Numbered from the stretch's first letter, positions 38,901 through 48,829 are shown. The stretch is 64,000 nt of DNA from Spirochaetota bacterium (GCA_050298055.1 JBNKTL010000002.1:1-64000); one strand, 5' to 3'. Notes: generated from the letters alone by a model not told the origin. Numbers and translations are program-made.

Positions 38901-39116
38901 ATGCCGGATAAAGTTATCATCTATGGTAAGCCATATTGACCCTATACCGATAATGCCAGGTCGGTATTCGGGAAAAAGGCGGAATTTATCGATGTAAAAT
39001 CTGATAAGAAACAGCTCAATGAGATGCTGAAGCTCTCCGGGGGAAAACGCAGGGTCCCGGTGATCGTTGAAGGGGAAAAGATAAGCATCGGTTACGGGGG
39101 ATCCTGAGGGGTCTGA
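38901..39116 (+). CDS. Glutaredoxin-like selenoprotein with two Sec (UPYT and C-terminal U-G-V-stop; 'Uxx-star' type)
   Basis: SD GGAGGG. Translation MPDKVIIYGKPY-U-PYTDNARSVFGKKAEFIDVKSDKKQLNEMLKLSGGKRRVPVIVEGEKISIGYGGS-U-GV*. A hairpin follows each UGA. Confidence 0.85.
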
Positions 39117-39148
39117 AATCCGCAGGGTGCGGGAAAAGAGGAAAAGAG

Positions 39149-39586
39149 ATGAATAAAATTGAAAAGGGACGCGATACCTTTATGGGAGGTTTTAACTGCT
39201 CCCAGTCAGTTCTTATGGCTTTCTCAGACAGGTTTGGCGTGGAGAGAAAAACCGCATTGATGATCTCCAGCGGATTTGGAGCGGGATTTGGCCGGGAACA
39301 GGAAACGTGCGGTGCTGTTTCCGGCGGTATTATGGTCATCGGTCTCAAGTATGGTCAATACGATCCCGGTGACACTGAATCCAAGGAGAAAATTTATTCC
39401 CTGGTAAGAAACTTTCTCAAAAGCTTCAGGGAGATAAACGGGACGACTCTTTGCTCTGAACTTACCGGCTGCGACCTCACATCAGAACCGGGAAGAAAAA
39501 AATATTACGAAGGAAACATAAAGGAGAATGTTTGTCTCAAGTGCATCGGGGACGCAATCAGGCTGGCGGAGAAGATCATCGAATAG
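39149..39586 (+). CDS. C_GCAxxG_C_C family putative redox protein
   Basis: FNCSQSV, TCGAVSGG, TLCSEL, VCLKC. Confidence 0.9.
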   Translation: MNKIEKGRDTFMGGFNCSQSVLMAFSDRFGVERKTALMISSGFGAGFGREQETCGAVSGGIMVIGLKYGQYDPGDTESKEKIYSLVRNFLKSFREINGTTLCSELTGCDLTSEPGRKKYYEGNIKENVCLKCIGDAIRLAEKIIE

Positions 39587-39660
39587 AGGGACGTCATCAT
39601 TCAGTACTTCGACTGCGTGATTTTTAACTGTTCATGATTGTTTAACTGCCGAGCTCAGCA

Positions 39661-41430
39661 CTAGTCCTGGAGCGGAAAGGTTATGGTAAAGGACGCACCC
39701 TCCTGCTTTTTGATATCAAGGCTGCCATTAATCTGTACAACCAGAGAGTCCACAAGCTGCATGCCAAGGGAGTTGATATTGCTTATATCAAAACTCTCAG
39801 GAAGTCCTTTCCCGTTGTCACTCACCTGCAGGACCGCATCTGAATTACCGGTTTTATGGAAGTTGATATTGATCTGACCATAATCAGTCCCCTTAAACCC
39901 GTGCTTAAAGGAATTTGAGACAAGTTCATTTATAATGATTCCGCAGGGTATTGCCCTGTCGATTCCCATGGTAATGTCCTCTACGTCCACGTTAACATCA
40001 CCCCTGAGACCGCCGCTTATATACTGCTGTGAAATATCAGAAGTCAGTGCCCTGATATAATCGCCGAAATTTATGGCGGAGATACTCTCCGACTGGTACA
40101 GTTTTTCATGGACCAGAGCCATGGACCGTATCCTGTATACCGTGTCTTTAAAAAAATCGAGGATAACAGAATCTTTGACATATCCTGCCTGGAGATTTAT
40201 GAGGCTGATAATGACCTGCATATTGTTCTTCACCCTGTGATGAACTTCCTTCAGAAGTATATCTTTTTCATTGAGTGATGCCTCAAGCCTTCTTTCAGCC
40301 TCCCGCTGATCGGTTATGTCCCTGAAGATACAATGGGTCTGCTTGGAACTCCCGTCCCTCCTGTAACTCAGTTTTCCGTTGACCGAGACAAGGATCCTTT
40401 CATTGTTCTTTTTCCTCATGAAGAACTCAACACCTCTCACCTCACCGGATTCCTTGAAACGGGAAAAGTTCACTTTTAATGTTTCCAGGGACTCCGGATC
40501 AAGAAATTCCTTGATGTTTCTTCCAAGGACTTCTTCCTTTTCATAACCAAGGACCTTTAACCATGAGTTATTTACTTCTACCACTCGTCCCTCCAGGTCA
40601 AGTGACTGGTAAGGGAGCGGACTGTTCTCGAAGAGCAGCCTGAACCTCTCCTCATTGTCAATAAGCTGGCGTTCCAATGTTTTTTTCTCGGTTATATCGC
40701 GCCATATTGACCTGCTCTTGATTATTTTTCCCGTTTCATCCCTGACTGCCGAAGCACTGAGATTTACAAAACCGGCCGTACCATTCTTTTTCAGGATCAT
40801 AAGGTCTTCACCTTTGACTTCACCAGTCTCCTGGAACTGCTTAAAAACAACAGCCGCCCGTTCACGGGAATCGGGATGGTATATGTCAAAAACTTTCCTT
40901 CCGATCAGTTCGTTTTTTTCATAACCGGTTGTTTTTACTACGGTATCATTACACTCAAGGATTTCCCCGGTTTCGGCATCGATAGAGATATACATGTCGG
41001 GAGCATTGTTGTAGAGATCGGAAAATTTCTCTTCGCTTCTTTTCAGCTCAGTTTCAATCCTGTGTTTGTAGACAGCCAGTTCGATGGCTGCGACGAGTTC
41101 CCGGGAATTTATCGGTTTAATAATATAACCGTAGGGATCGGTTTCCCGTGCTCTCTGAATTGTCTCGTCATCGGAATGGGCGGTCAAATAAAGAACGGGG
41201 ATATCGGCACTCTCATTGATCCTTTTTGCTGTTTCGATACCGTCAGAATTACCCGATATCTCAATGTCCATTATTACAACCTGGGGTTTCTCACGGGCGG
41301 CCATTTCAACGGCATCTTCACTGTTTTTGGCGGGCCCCACTGCGTCATAACCTTTGTGGCGAAGAATTCTCAGAATATTTTCGCCGATCACCGGCTCGTC
41401 TTCAACAATCAGGATTTTGCATTTTAACAT
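39661..41430 (-). CDS. Receiver-PAS-PAS-HisKA_2 hybrid histidine kinase
   Basis: ILIVEDE...MDI; two PAS/PAC domains; EVHHRVKNNMQ, NELVSNSFKHG, DNGKG, SLGMQLV. Confidence 0.92.
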   Translation of the reverse strand: MLKCKILIVEDEPVIGENILRILRHKGYDAVGPAKNSEDAVEMAAREKPQVVIMDIEISGNSDGIETAKRINESADIPVLYLTAHSDDETIQRARETDPYGYIIKPINSRELVAAIELAVYKHRIETELKRSEEKFSDLYNNAPDMYISIDAETGEILECNDTVVKTTGYEKNELIGRKVFDIYHPDSRERAAVVFKQFQETGEVKGEDLMILKKNGTAGFVNLSASAVRDETGKIIKSRSIWRDITEKKTLERQLIDNEERFRLLFENSPLPYQSLDLEGRVVEVNNSWLKVLGYEKEEVLGRNIKEFLDPESLETLKVNFSRFKESGEVRGVEFFMRKKNNERILVSVNGKLSYRRDGSSKQTHCIFRDITDQREAERRLEASLNEKDILLKEVHHRVKNNMQVIISLINLQAGYVKDSVILDFFKDTVYRIRSMALVHEKLYQSESISAINFGDYIRALTSDISQQYISGGLRGDVNVDVEDITMGIDRAIPCGIIINELVSNSFKHGFKGTDYGQININFHKTGNSDAVLQVSDNGKGLPESFDISNINSLGMQLVDSLVVQINGSLDIKKQEGASFTITFPLQD

Positions 41431-41436
41431 GACCGG

Positions 41437-42174
41437 TTATTCATTTTTCTTTGTGATGCCTTTTTTTTCATTGATGATATAAAGCAGGAGATTTTCAAGG
41501 GCTTCGATCTCTTTTTTATAGTCCTTTTTTTCACCGGTGGATAATTTTATGATCTCTTCCATGATCCCGATATGTTTCATAAGGTCCATCTTATCCATCC
41601 GGGAATACTCAAGGATATGTTCCAGGGCCTTTATCTCCTCTTTCTGGTTCAACATCTCTTTCCGGGAAAGATCAAGGGCGATATCAAGGGCCTTTATGGT
41701 TTCAGCCCCGGAAATCAGCTCCTGCCGTGAAAGCTCAAGCACATTATTCCGCATTTCCACTTCATCCTCAAATCCCTTAAAAAGGTCAAGTTTGTGGACT
41801 GTTTTATACAGCTCCATGAGCCTGCTGATGCGGAGGTGAAATTCAAAGCTCTTCGCAGGTTTAATGAGATAATCTGTTGTTACCGGGAAGATCTGATCAT
41901 ACTTCTTTATATTTTGTTTACCTGCAATAATCAGAACAGGAAATTTTGTCTTATTGACGAGATCTGTAAAGACCTTAAAAAGTGTTTTCTCAATCTTTTT
42001 ATCAGTATCAATAACCGATAAGACAAACTTGTTCTCACCGAAAATTTTCTTCAGCTCTTCCGGCTTACCCGGCATATAAATTTTTGCAAAACTCCCGGAG
42101 AGATAACCGAAGATAGCCCTGTCTTCGTAAATCCGGCTTATGTTTGTAAGAATAACAAGATCGGGATTACTCAC
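41437..42174 (-). CDS. Degenerate receiver domain plus coiled-coil repeats
   Basis: PVLII...DYLIKP receiver tail; ~21-aa repeats LELSRQE / LDLSRKE / LEYSRMD / IKLSTGE; SD GGAG with GTG start. Confidence 0.65.
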   Translation of the reverse strand: MSNPDLVILTNISRIYEDRAIFGYLSGSFAKIYMPGKPEELKKIFGENKFVLSVIDTDKKIEKTLFKVFTDLVNKTKFPVLIIAGKQNIKKYDQIFPVTTDYLIKPAKSFEFHLRISRLMELYKTVHKLDLFKGFEDEVEMRNNVLELSRQELISGAETIKALDIALDLSRKEMLNQKEEIKALEHILEYSRMDKMDLMKHIGIMEEIIKLSTGEKKDYKKEIEALENLLLYIINEKKGITKKNE

Positions 42175-42370
42175 TTTTTGCTCCCTCTACATATACATAG
42201 TGGATAATAAAATCCGTAACCGGTAATATTCATAGAAAGAGTGTTTTCTTTTTCTCTGAAAAAGGGAAATGCACTTATTTATAAATTATCTACCGGGAAC
42301 AGAATCAATCATAGTTTTATATCACTTGAGAGATTAATCAATAAGAAAACAGCTGTTTTTATGTTTTTTC

Positions 42371-42556
42371 GCAACGACTTAATCATTTATAAAAATAACG
42401 TAACTACAAGCCTGTCATCCCGGCGGAAGTGCAACGAAGAGCCGGGATCCACTTATTTCTAAAAGACTAGATTCCCGCTTCCGGGGGAATGACAATAATA
42501 ATATCAATTATGTTTTTTAATGAATAATATAATTCTTAAAAATTACTGAGTCGTTA
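42371..42556. repeat. Element with IS66-MITE-like ends around a GTCATCCCGGC/ATTCCCGC palindrome
   Basis: GCAACGACTTAAT...ATTACTGAGTCGTTA; core TGTCATCCCGGC..GCCGGGATCC..ATTCCCGCTTCCGGGGGAATGACA. Confidence 0.6.
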
Positions 42557-42612
42557 ATAAAAATTGAATTATTCTTGACTGAAATGTTCTCTCGCCAGTC
42601 ATATAAAGAATT

Positions 42613-42735
42613 ATGAACAATGAAAATATGGGAATAGTCATTGCCGCTTACCTTGTGAGAATTATACTTTTTTTCCTTCTTACATTTATAATACTCTTTG
42701 TGATTTCCCGGCTGGCCGGAAAAAAGGGCGATTGA
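42613..42735 (+). CDS. Possible 40-aa single-pass membrane peptide
   Basis: MNNENMGIVIAAYLVRIILFFLLTFIILFVISRLAGKKGD*; ends 3 bp from the convergent stop codon. Confidence 0.4.
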   Translation: MNNENMGIVIAAYLVRIILFFLLTFIILFVISRLAGKKGD

Positions 42736-42738
42736 TAC

Positions 42739-44280
42739 TCACTCCTGATCATGAGGGTGATGTTTCAGGGGGATATTTACCGGCTCCAGGGAACCGAGTA
42801 CCCAGCCGGTAACTTCATTGAGAGAGGGATGAATGACCATGGACTGGTAAAGAGGCATGACACTCCCTGCCCCCGGACACGAATAGTCCAGCCTTGTCCT
42901 GATGACATTTTTATTGTTTTTCCTCTCATCTTCATCGGCAGAGACCGGGCAGGAATACCCTGAATTCATCATATAGACAAAGGGCTGAACCAGGATATCC
43001 GCATGAGGCCCGACCACATGGGCGCCGAGAATTTTCATTGAACTGTCCAGAATCAGCTTCACAAAACCGTCATCATCATCTCCCGCTTCATAGCCCATGG
43101 CAAAACCCTTGGCAACATATGAATAGTTCATCTTTGCCCGGAAAATCCGGTGCCCCCGGTCCAGGGCTTCCTGCTCGGTCAATCCAACGTGCCCCACCTG
43201 CGGACCGGTATATATTGCCCAGGGAACAGCCGAGTAGTCCATGGCCTCCCTGCCTTTTTCGAATAGATTTTTAATACAGACTTCAGCCTCGGCATTGGCC
43301 TTGTGCCTGAACTGGTAGAGGCCGTTAACATCACCCATGGCCCAGACGCCCTTTACATTTGTCTCAAGGAACTCATTGGTCTTTATCCAGCCTCCCGGAC
43401 CGTAGGTCTCAATTCCGCATTTTTCTGTTTTCAGGATATCGCTGTTTGACCTTCTCCCCGCGGCCACAAATATCTCTTCGGCTTCAAGTTCGGTTGTAAT
43501 ACCCGTTTCGGTATCATCAATAGTAAGATATTTACTCCCTCCATCTCCATCCTTTCTGGCAGCCACGGCCCTGCAGCGGGTGAATACCTTCATCTCCTTT
43601 TTAAAATTCTTTTCCACAAAATAACTTATTTCAGGTTCTTCGGTGATAAGGATCCTGGGGGCCATCTCTACGATAGTGACCTTTGTTCCCAGCGCGGAAA
43701 ATATATGGGCAAACTCCGCGGCGATAATCCCCCCTCCCACAAGGATAAGGCTTTTCCACGGTTTTTCAGGAAAACTCTCTCCGAAAAAGGTCTCGGTTGT
43801 GATATATCCCGCCTCTTCAATTCCCTTGATTGGCGGCACAAAAGAACGCCCCCCGGAAGCAACAACTATCCGGCTGCCCGTAAACTCAGGGGATGCCGTG
43901 CCGTCAGGGTAGACAACCTTCAGCTTCTGTTTACCCGTAAACTCGGCCGCTCCCCTGTAGGTATCGAGTTTATCCAGAGAAGAGATCCCCTCTTCAATAT
44001 TCTTATTTTCATCTATCCGGCTCCACAGCCTTTTCGTAATCAGCTCCCAGTCAAGATTATCCAGTTTAAAGGAAACACCTATCTTCTTCCCCTGTTCCGC
44101 GTTTTTAATTGTGTCGGCTACGGTGGTGAGGACCTTGGAGGGAATGCATCCCCTGTTAAGACATGTTCCCCCCATCTTGCTCTTCTCCACCAGGGCACAC
44201 CTGTATCCTCTCTGCATCCCGGCATTGAGGACCGAAAGTCCCGCTCCGCTTCCAATGACTATGAGATCGTACGTTTTCAT
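42739..44280 (-). CDS. Pyridine nucleotide-disulfide oxidoreductase (dihydrolipoamide dehydrogenase / mycothione reductase-like)
   Basis: GSGAG, GGTCLNRGCIPSK, GGGIIAAE, AMGDVNG, HPSLNE. Confidence 0.9.
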   Translation of the reverse strand: MKTYDLIVIGSGAGLSVLNAGMQRGYRCALVEKSKMGGTCLNRGCIPSKVLTTVADTIKNAEQGKKIGVSFKLDNLDWELITKRLWSRIDENKNIEEGISSLDKLDTYRGAAEFTGKQKLKVVYPDGTASPEFTGSRIVVASGGRSFVPPIKGIEEAGYITTETFFGESFPEKPWKSLILVGGGIIAAEFAHIFSALGTKVTIVEMAPRILITEEPEISYFVEKNFKKEMKVFTRCRAVAARKDGDGGSKYLTIDDTETGITTELEAEEIFVAAGRRSNSDILKTEKCGIETYGPGGWIKTNEFLETNVKGVWAMGDVNGLYQFRHKANAEAEVCIKNLFEKGREAMDYSAVPWAIYTGPQVGHVGLTEQEALDRGHRIFRAKMNYSYVAKGFAMGYEAGDDDDGFVKLILDSSMKILGAHVVGPHADILVQPFVYMMNSGYSCPVSADEDERKNNKNVIRTRLDYSCPGAGSVMPLYQSMVIHPSLNEVTGWVLGSLEPVNIPLKHHPHDQE

Positions 44281-44427
44281 ATCTTCTTTAACTTCATGAA
44301 ATAGTGTGAATTGACCGGGTTCCGGCTCATCCCCTGCAGTCATCACAAGGCCGGATTATAACTGAATTTATATCTGTCCGGAGAAAAGTCAAATACTTTC
44401 AACCGGTTTTCATAATAAGTTCTTCGA

Positions 44428-46233
44428 TTAATTTCCGGCCCATGAGAGCCTGCCGTTAGTATCAATAATTTTCATATCCGGCGGGATCCGGAGCTTCCCG
44501 GCAACACTCCCGCTGAAAAACCCGTTAACGATATAGCCCTTTCCCGATTTCCTGATATTCGTTACGTGAAGTACCGGTGTACCCGGACCACTCAGCATCT
44601 CCCTGATCCGCCCCAGGATCTCTTCTTTCCCGGACCCGTTATAGGAGAACGTATGGGATATACAGCTCTTCCGGGAGCTTTCCTCACCACCAGCCAGTGA
44701 ACTTCCGCACTCACCGATAAACTCTGACATCCTGTTATCCGGTTCCGCATCAAAGTACTCATCCCTGTCCAGGATCCTGACCCGCCGGGGAGTGCCCAGC
44801 CATCTCCATCTTCCTTTGAGTTTGATCATGCTCACCACAGGGAAAAAACCGATAGACCCCTCCTGCATATTGTGGAAAGAGTACTTCAGGGTGCCCCGGA
44901 CATACGCCCTGTTTTTATCAATCCGCGCTTTATTGATTTCCACCGATTCCAGGTGGGCGGGCCCCCCGAAGAACCGCTTGTGCCAGATATCCTCTATATC
45001 ATCATATTCCCTCTGCCCGAACCTGTATCCCCTGGCATAGTTGTACCTTATTCGATAGATATCTTCACTGTATATGTCCTTTGCGAAGCTGATGAAGAAC
45101 CTCTTCAGTTCTTCCGGGACCTCGGTAGAGAAAATGAAGTTAGGCTCATAGAAGATATCCTCCTCCTCGTATGAAGCCTGCAGGTTCCCCTCTTTAATCC
45201 CTCCGGAGAGGGCATCGACCAGCATCTGAAACATCTTCAGATAACCGCTGTTTTTAAGGAGGGGAAATTCGCTCCTGGACGTTACGGCGATAACACTCTT
45301 CAGGGAGGGGATGATGACAACAAACTGTCCTCCTTCACCCTCGGCCATGAACGCCCTGTTGCCCTGAAATTCTCTTCTCTTCCACCTGTCAACGGAAACA
45401 GGATACGCCGGGCCTTTTTGAGAAGCTGTGAGTTTTTTCCCTCTAAAAGTACCATTATTCAGCACGAACCTCCCGTAATGCGCCAGGTCGATCCCCCTGA
45501 ACCGAAAACCGATAAACCGGGAAATTTGCCTTCCTTCACCTTCACCGCTTTTTATTCCTGCGGGTTTAAAGAGATTTTCTTCCGCATACGAAGTGTAGCC
45601 CGGCGGTGATATCTTCGCAATGATCTCAGAGAGGAGATAAATCGACGCGAACCTGGCAGCGGGCTGATTTCTCTCTCTCCGGAGAATTTTCAGGGACTCC
45701 GATATCCTGTCCCCGGCATAGAAGAGCTTCCAGTAGACGGGGTTCTTTTCTCCCCATAACAGCGGAGGATCAACATCCAGCAGGTCCTTTACGGTAAGAT
45801 TGCCTGTCTGCCTGCCCGGGAAAAAATCCGAGACCGGCTGGTTTCTGCTTTTCAGTTCCCCTTTACTAAGAGCATGATCGATAAGTGTACTGATAATGTC
45901 GAGGTTCAGGGAATGGACAAACGCCCTTTTATCAGGCCCCCCGTCCCCGTAGTAGTTCTCAAGAAGGGTCACCCCGTTCTTGATGACCAGGAGGCTTCTG
46001 GCGGCAAGGAGCCTTCTGGTGACATAGTCTTCAACAAGCCTGATCTTTATGGAATCCACGCCCAGGCTTTTGAACCGGGCGGGTGACAGTCCCTTTTCTT
46101 TGATATAGAGTGTTTTCTGGGTCTCTTTCGTCCAGTAGTGATGAATCACGGAAAAGGCCCCGGCAGTAACGGCCAGGTAGAGAACCATGCTCAGGATGGA
46201 GTATTTTTTCATCTTTACGGACATTTCCGTCAC
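44428..46233 (-). CDS. Beta-lactamase/serine-hydrolase-fold protein (degenerate) with C-terminal extension
   Basis: SLLVIKNG...ENYY, LTVKDLL, DLAHYG.FVLN.G.F.GK, AEGEGGQFVVIIPSL; SxxK motif absent. Confidence 0.6.
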   Translation of the reverse strand: MTEMSVKMKKYSILSMVLYLAVTAGAFSVIHHYWTKETQKTLYIKEKGLSPARFKSLGVDSIKIRLVEDYVTRRLLAARSLLVIKNGVTLLENYYGDGGPDKRAFVHSLNLDIISTLIDHALSKGELKSRNQPVSDFFPGRQTGNLTVKDLLDVDPPLLWGEKNPVYWKLFYAGDRISESLKILRRERNQPAARFASIYLLSEIIAKISPPGYTSYAEENLFKPAGIKSGEGEGRQISRFIGFRFRGIDLAHYGRFVLNNGTFRGKKLTASQKGPAYPVSVDRWKRREFQGNRAFMAEGEGGQFVVIIPSLKSVIAVTSRSEFPLLKNSGYLKMFQMLVDALSGGIKEGNLQASYEEEDIFYEPNFIFSTEVPEELKRFFISFAKDIYSEDIYRIRYNYARGYRFGQREYDDIEDIWHKRFFGGPAHLESVEINKARIDKNRAYVRGTLKYSFHNMQEGSIGFFPVVSMIKLKGRWRWLGTPRRVRILDRDEYFDAEPDNRMSEFIGECGSSLAGGEESSRKSCISHTFSYNGSGKEEILGRIREMLSGPGTPVLHVTNIRKSGKGYIVNGFFSGSVAGKLRIPPDMKIIDTNGRLSWAGN

Positions 46234-48635
46234 CTTCTCCTTTTCTCATAGACCAGTTTCAGGATTGCCGGTGAGAGGAGAACATCCGCCAGGAAAGCAA
46301 CAAGAAGGGAGAACCCGGTAACAAGACCGAAATCACTCACGACTTTTAACGGGTTGAAAAGGCGCAGCCAGAAACATGACACAAATATGAGTGTGGTTGT
46401 CATAAGGGCCCTTCCCGCCGACGCCAGGGTGTCGCTTACCGCGGAATCCACACTGCCCGATTTCCCGTAATAACCGGTAAAGTTGTGAAAAAAGTGTATG
46501 GTATCGTCTACGGCAATCCCGATAATAATGCTCCCGCCAATGAGGTTAAAGGTGTTTAAAGGTATCCCCATAAATCCCATGAGTCCCAGGCCCGCGGCAA
46601 GGGGGACCAGGTTTGGTATCATTGCTAAAAGCCCCAGCCTGACCTCACCGATAGAGAGTATCATAAGCATGGTCACCACAAGAAATGCCGTAAGGTAACT
46701 TACTGCCAGGCTCTTCATGAGCGACTCAATCACTCCCGAGTTAATAGAAACTGCCCCTGTAACAAGAAGATCATCCTTCCCGTCAAAGAGCTCTCCGGCC
46801 CTTTTTTTAATGGCCCGGACAAACTTCAGATCAGAGGCCGCATCCTGCCAGTACATGAGCGATGTAAACCGCGCGGTTTTAAATTTTTCGTCGGTATAGT
46901 ATTTGAGCTCGCCGAGCCTGCTCTCCCTGTACCTCCCCAGCAGATCCCTGAGGGGATAAGCATCCTTCTTTCTGAAATTCTTTAACTGCCCGATCTCCCT
47001 TATTGAGTGGAGCAGTGACTTCCCGCTCCCCACAACTCTCCTGCCTGTTTCATCCCTGAAGGATAAAGCGTAATCTTCCAGCTTCCGGAGCCTCTGAAGA
47101 AATTCCTCCGTTAAAACACCATTCTCTTTTTTCGTGTTGATAACAACCTCAAGCGCCCGGGTACCTCCGGTTTTCTTTTCTATTATACCGGTATCTACCA
47201 TAAAATCAGATTCGCCGGAAAAATAGTGAAGCATATTATGGGAATACCGCAGCTTAACAATACCAATGGATACCATGACGAGAATTATGAGGAAAAGAGC
47301 GGATACCTGTACCGGTCTTGTCACTCCCAGCCGGCCAAGCCCCATGAGATAGCGGTTATACCGGGATTTTTCGTAGAGTTTCTCCCTCTCCTTCCCCGGA
47401 TTTACCTTCACCACCGCAAGAAACGCGGGAAGAAAAAAAATTGTCATAAAAAGACTGAAAAACACTCCCGCGGCGGAAAAGAGTCCGAGGTCCGCAACCG
47501 GCGCAATCTCCGTTGTTGAAAACGAAAGGAGTCCCGCAACAGTTGTCACAGCCGTCATCATTATGGGGAGCCCCGAATGCTCCAGGGTTTCCAGGACTGC
47601 CGTAGTCCGGTCGGTTGATTTCTGGTATTTATAATAAACAACCATGAAATGGATAGGCGCGGGGATCGCGATTGTCAGTATCAGGGACGGAAGCATTGTC
47701 AATGATGATGTAAAGTCCACACCTGTAAGGGCCATAAGACCAAGGGACGCCGCCACCGATGCTCCAACGGCAAACTGGGGAAGAAAAATTCCGGAGACCC
47801 TTCGAAAGAGAAGTCCCATAAAGATGGACGTAAGAATAAGGACCATGATACTGGTCTTGATCATGTTGTCCATGAGTATCGGTTCAACAAGGAACTGGTA
47901 AACCGGCGTCCCGCTGGAGTAAATTTTAAAGTTATTATAATCGTACTCCCTGATAACAGTTTCCACCATGCCGAGAATAGCAATATTCTCACTCTGTGAT
48001 ATTGAGGGAGCGCCCCGGTTCAGATATTTCGTCTCTTCATGATCATCAAGGCCCCTCCCCCGGTTCTTAATCCTGAGCCCGTCCGGGGTCAGGGCGGATA
48101 CTGACTGTGTCTTGATGACCAGGGCCGCATACCTGTAGTCACCGGTAAAATAGATGTCCTTATATGCGGGATAGTTATCCGCCTTTATCCTCAGTTTCTC
48201 CGCTTCCGAAATCGACCGGGGAACAGATTGAAGAAAGGGAGATACTTTCAATTCCCTGTTATCCGTATAAATATAAGGGGCATTTACCAGGGAATTGACC
48301 TCTTTTAACAGGGGAAGTGTATTCTCCAGGTCCCTGTGGAAATTATTGAGCTTCTCAAGAAAGTACCTGTTAAAAACATCTTTTGTTTCAATAAGGAGAA
48401 AGATCTTCTCGTCGCGTCCAAAGCTCTTTCTGAACTTCTGGTAATCTTTAATTATCCTGTTTCGTTGGGAAAAGGAGCTTTCAATGGTGGTTATGACTCT
48501 CAGCCGGGGAACTGCCAGTGAAAAAAGAAGTAGAGCCGTTATGGTCAGACTGATAATAAGCCACCTGTATTTTACATTCAACCGGCCAATGTGCCTGAAG
48601 AGTTTTCTGCTTTTTTCCCTGTAGTTTTTTCTCAT
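46230..48635 (-). CDS. MMPL/RND-family transporter
   Basis: Two TM bundles; IIIGIAVDDTIHF, TTVAGLLSF, FG..TG. Confidence 0.88.
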   Translation of the reverse strand: MRKNYREKSRKLFRHIGRLNVKYRWLIISLTITALLLFSLAVPRLRVITTIESSFSQRNRIIKDYQKFRKSFGRDEKIFLLIETKDVFNRYFLEKLNNFHRDLENTLPLLKEVNSLVNAPYIYTDNRELKVSPFLQSVPRSISEAEKLRIKADNYPAYKDIYFTGDYRYAALVIKTQSVSALTPDGLRIKNRGRGLDDHEETKYLNRGAPSISQSENIAILGMVETVIREYDYNNFKIYSSGTPVYQFLVEPILMDNMIKTSIMVLILTSIFMGLLFRRVSGIFLPQFAVGASVAASLGLMALTGVDFTSSLTMLPSLILTIAIPAPIHFMVVYYKYQKSTDRTTAVLETLEHSGLPIMMTAVTTVAGLLSFSTTEIAPVADLGLFSAAGVFFSLFMTIFFLPAFLAVVKVNPGKEREKLYEKSRYNRYLMGLGRLGVTRPVQVSALFLIILVMVSIGIVKLRYSHNMLHYFSGESDFMVDTGIIEKKTGGTRALEVVINTKKENGVLTEEFLQRLRKLEDYALSFRDETGRRVVGSGKSLLHSIREIGQLKNFRKKDAYPLRDLLGRYRESRLGELKYYTDEKFKTARFTSLMYWQDAASDLKFVRAIKKRAGELFDGKDDLLVTGAVSINSGVIESLMKSLAVSYLTAFLVVTMLMILSIGEVRLGLLAMIPNLVPLAAGLGLMGFMGIPLNTFNLIGGSIIIGIAVDDTIHFFHNFTGYYGKSGSVDSAVSDTLASAGRALMTTTLIFVSCFWLRLFNPLKVVSDFGLVTGFSLLVAFLADVLLSPAILKLVYEKRRR

Positions 48636-48829
48636 GGTCCGGTTATTAATTATCTTTTTCTATTTGACTCTAAATGATTGAACAGTTTTTATAATCCTGA
48701 TCTCCTGAACTGGATCAGGAAATCCCGGTTTATTATACGGAATGATTAATAAAGATAAACTGCTTAAATTTATCAATAATTTTTAGCATAAAATGAAAAA
48801 ATTGGTAAGCCGGCAAGCGGAGTTTCTGA

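Noticed and set aside
38937..38939. In-frame TGA read as a pseudogene lesion
   Set aside because: It falls exactly at the redox Cys position, is followed by a hairpin, and the rest of the frame is intact, so Sec is the better reading.
48695..48720. TCCTGATC-N10-GATCAGGA as an operator between divergent genes
   Set aside because: It is a single 8-bp inverted repeat with no cognate regulator nearby, which is insufficient support.
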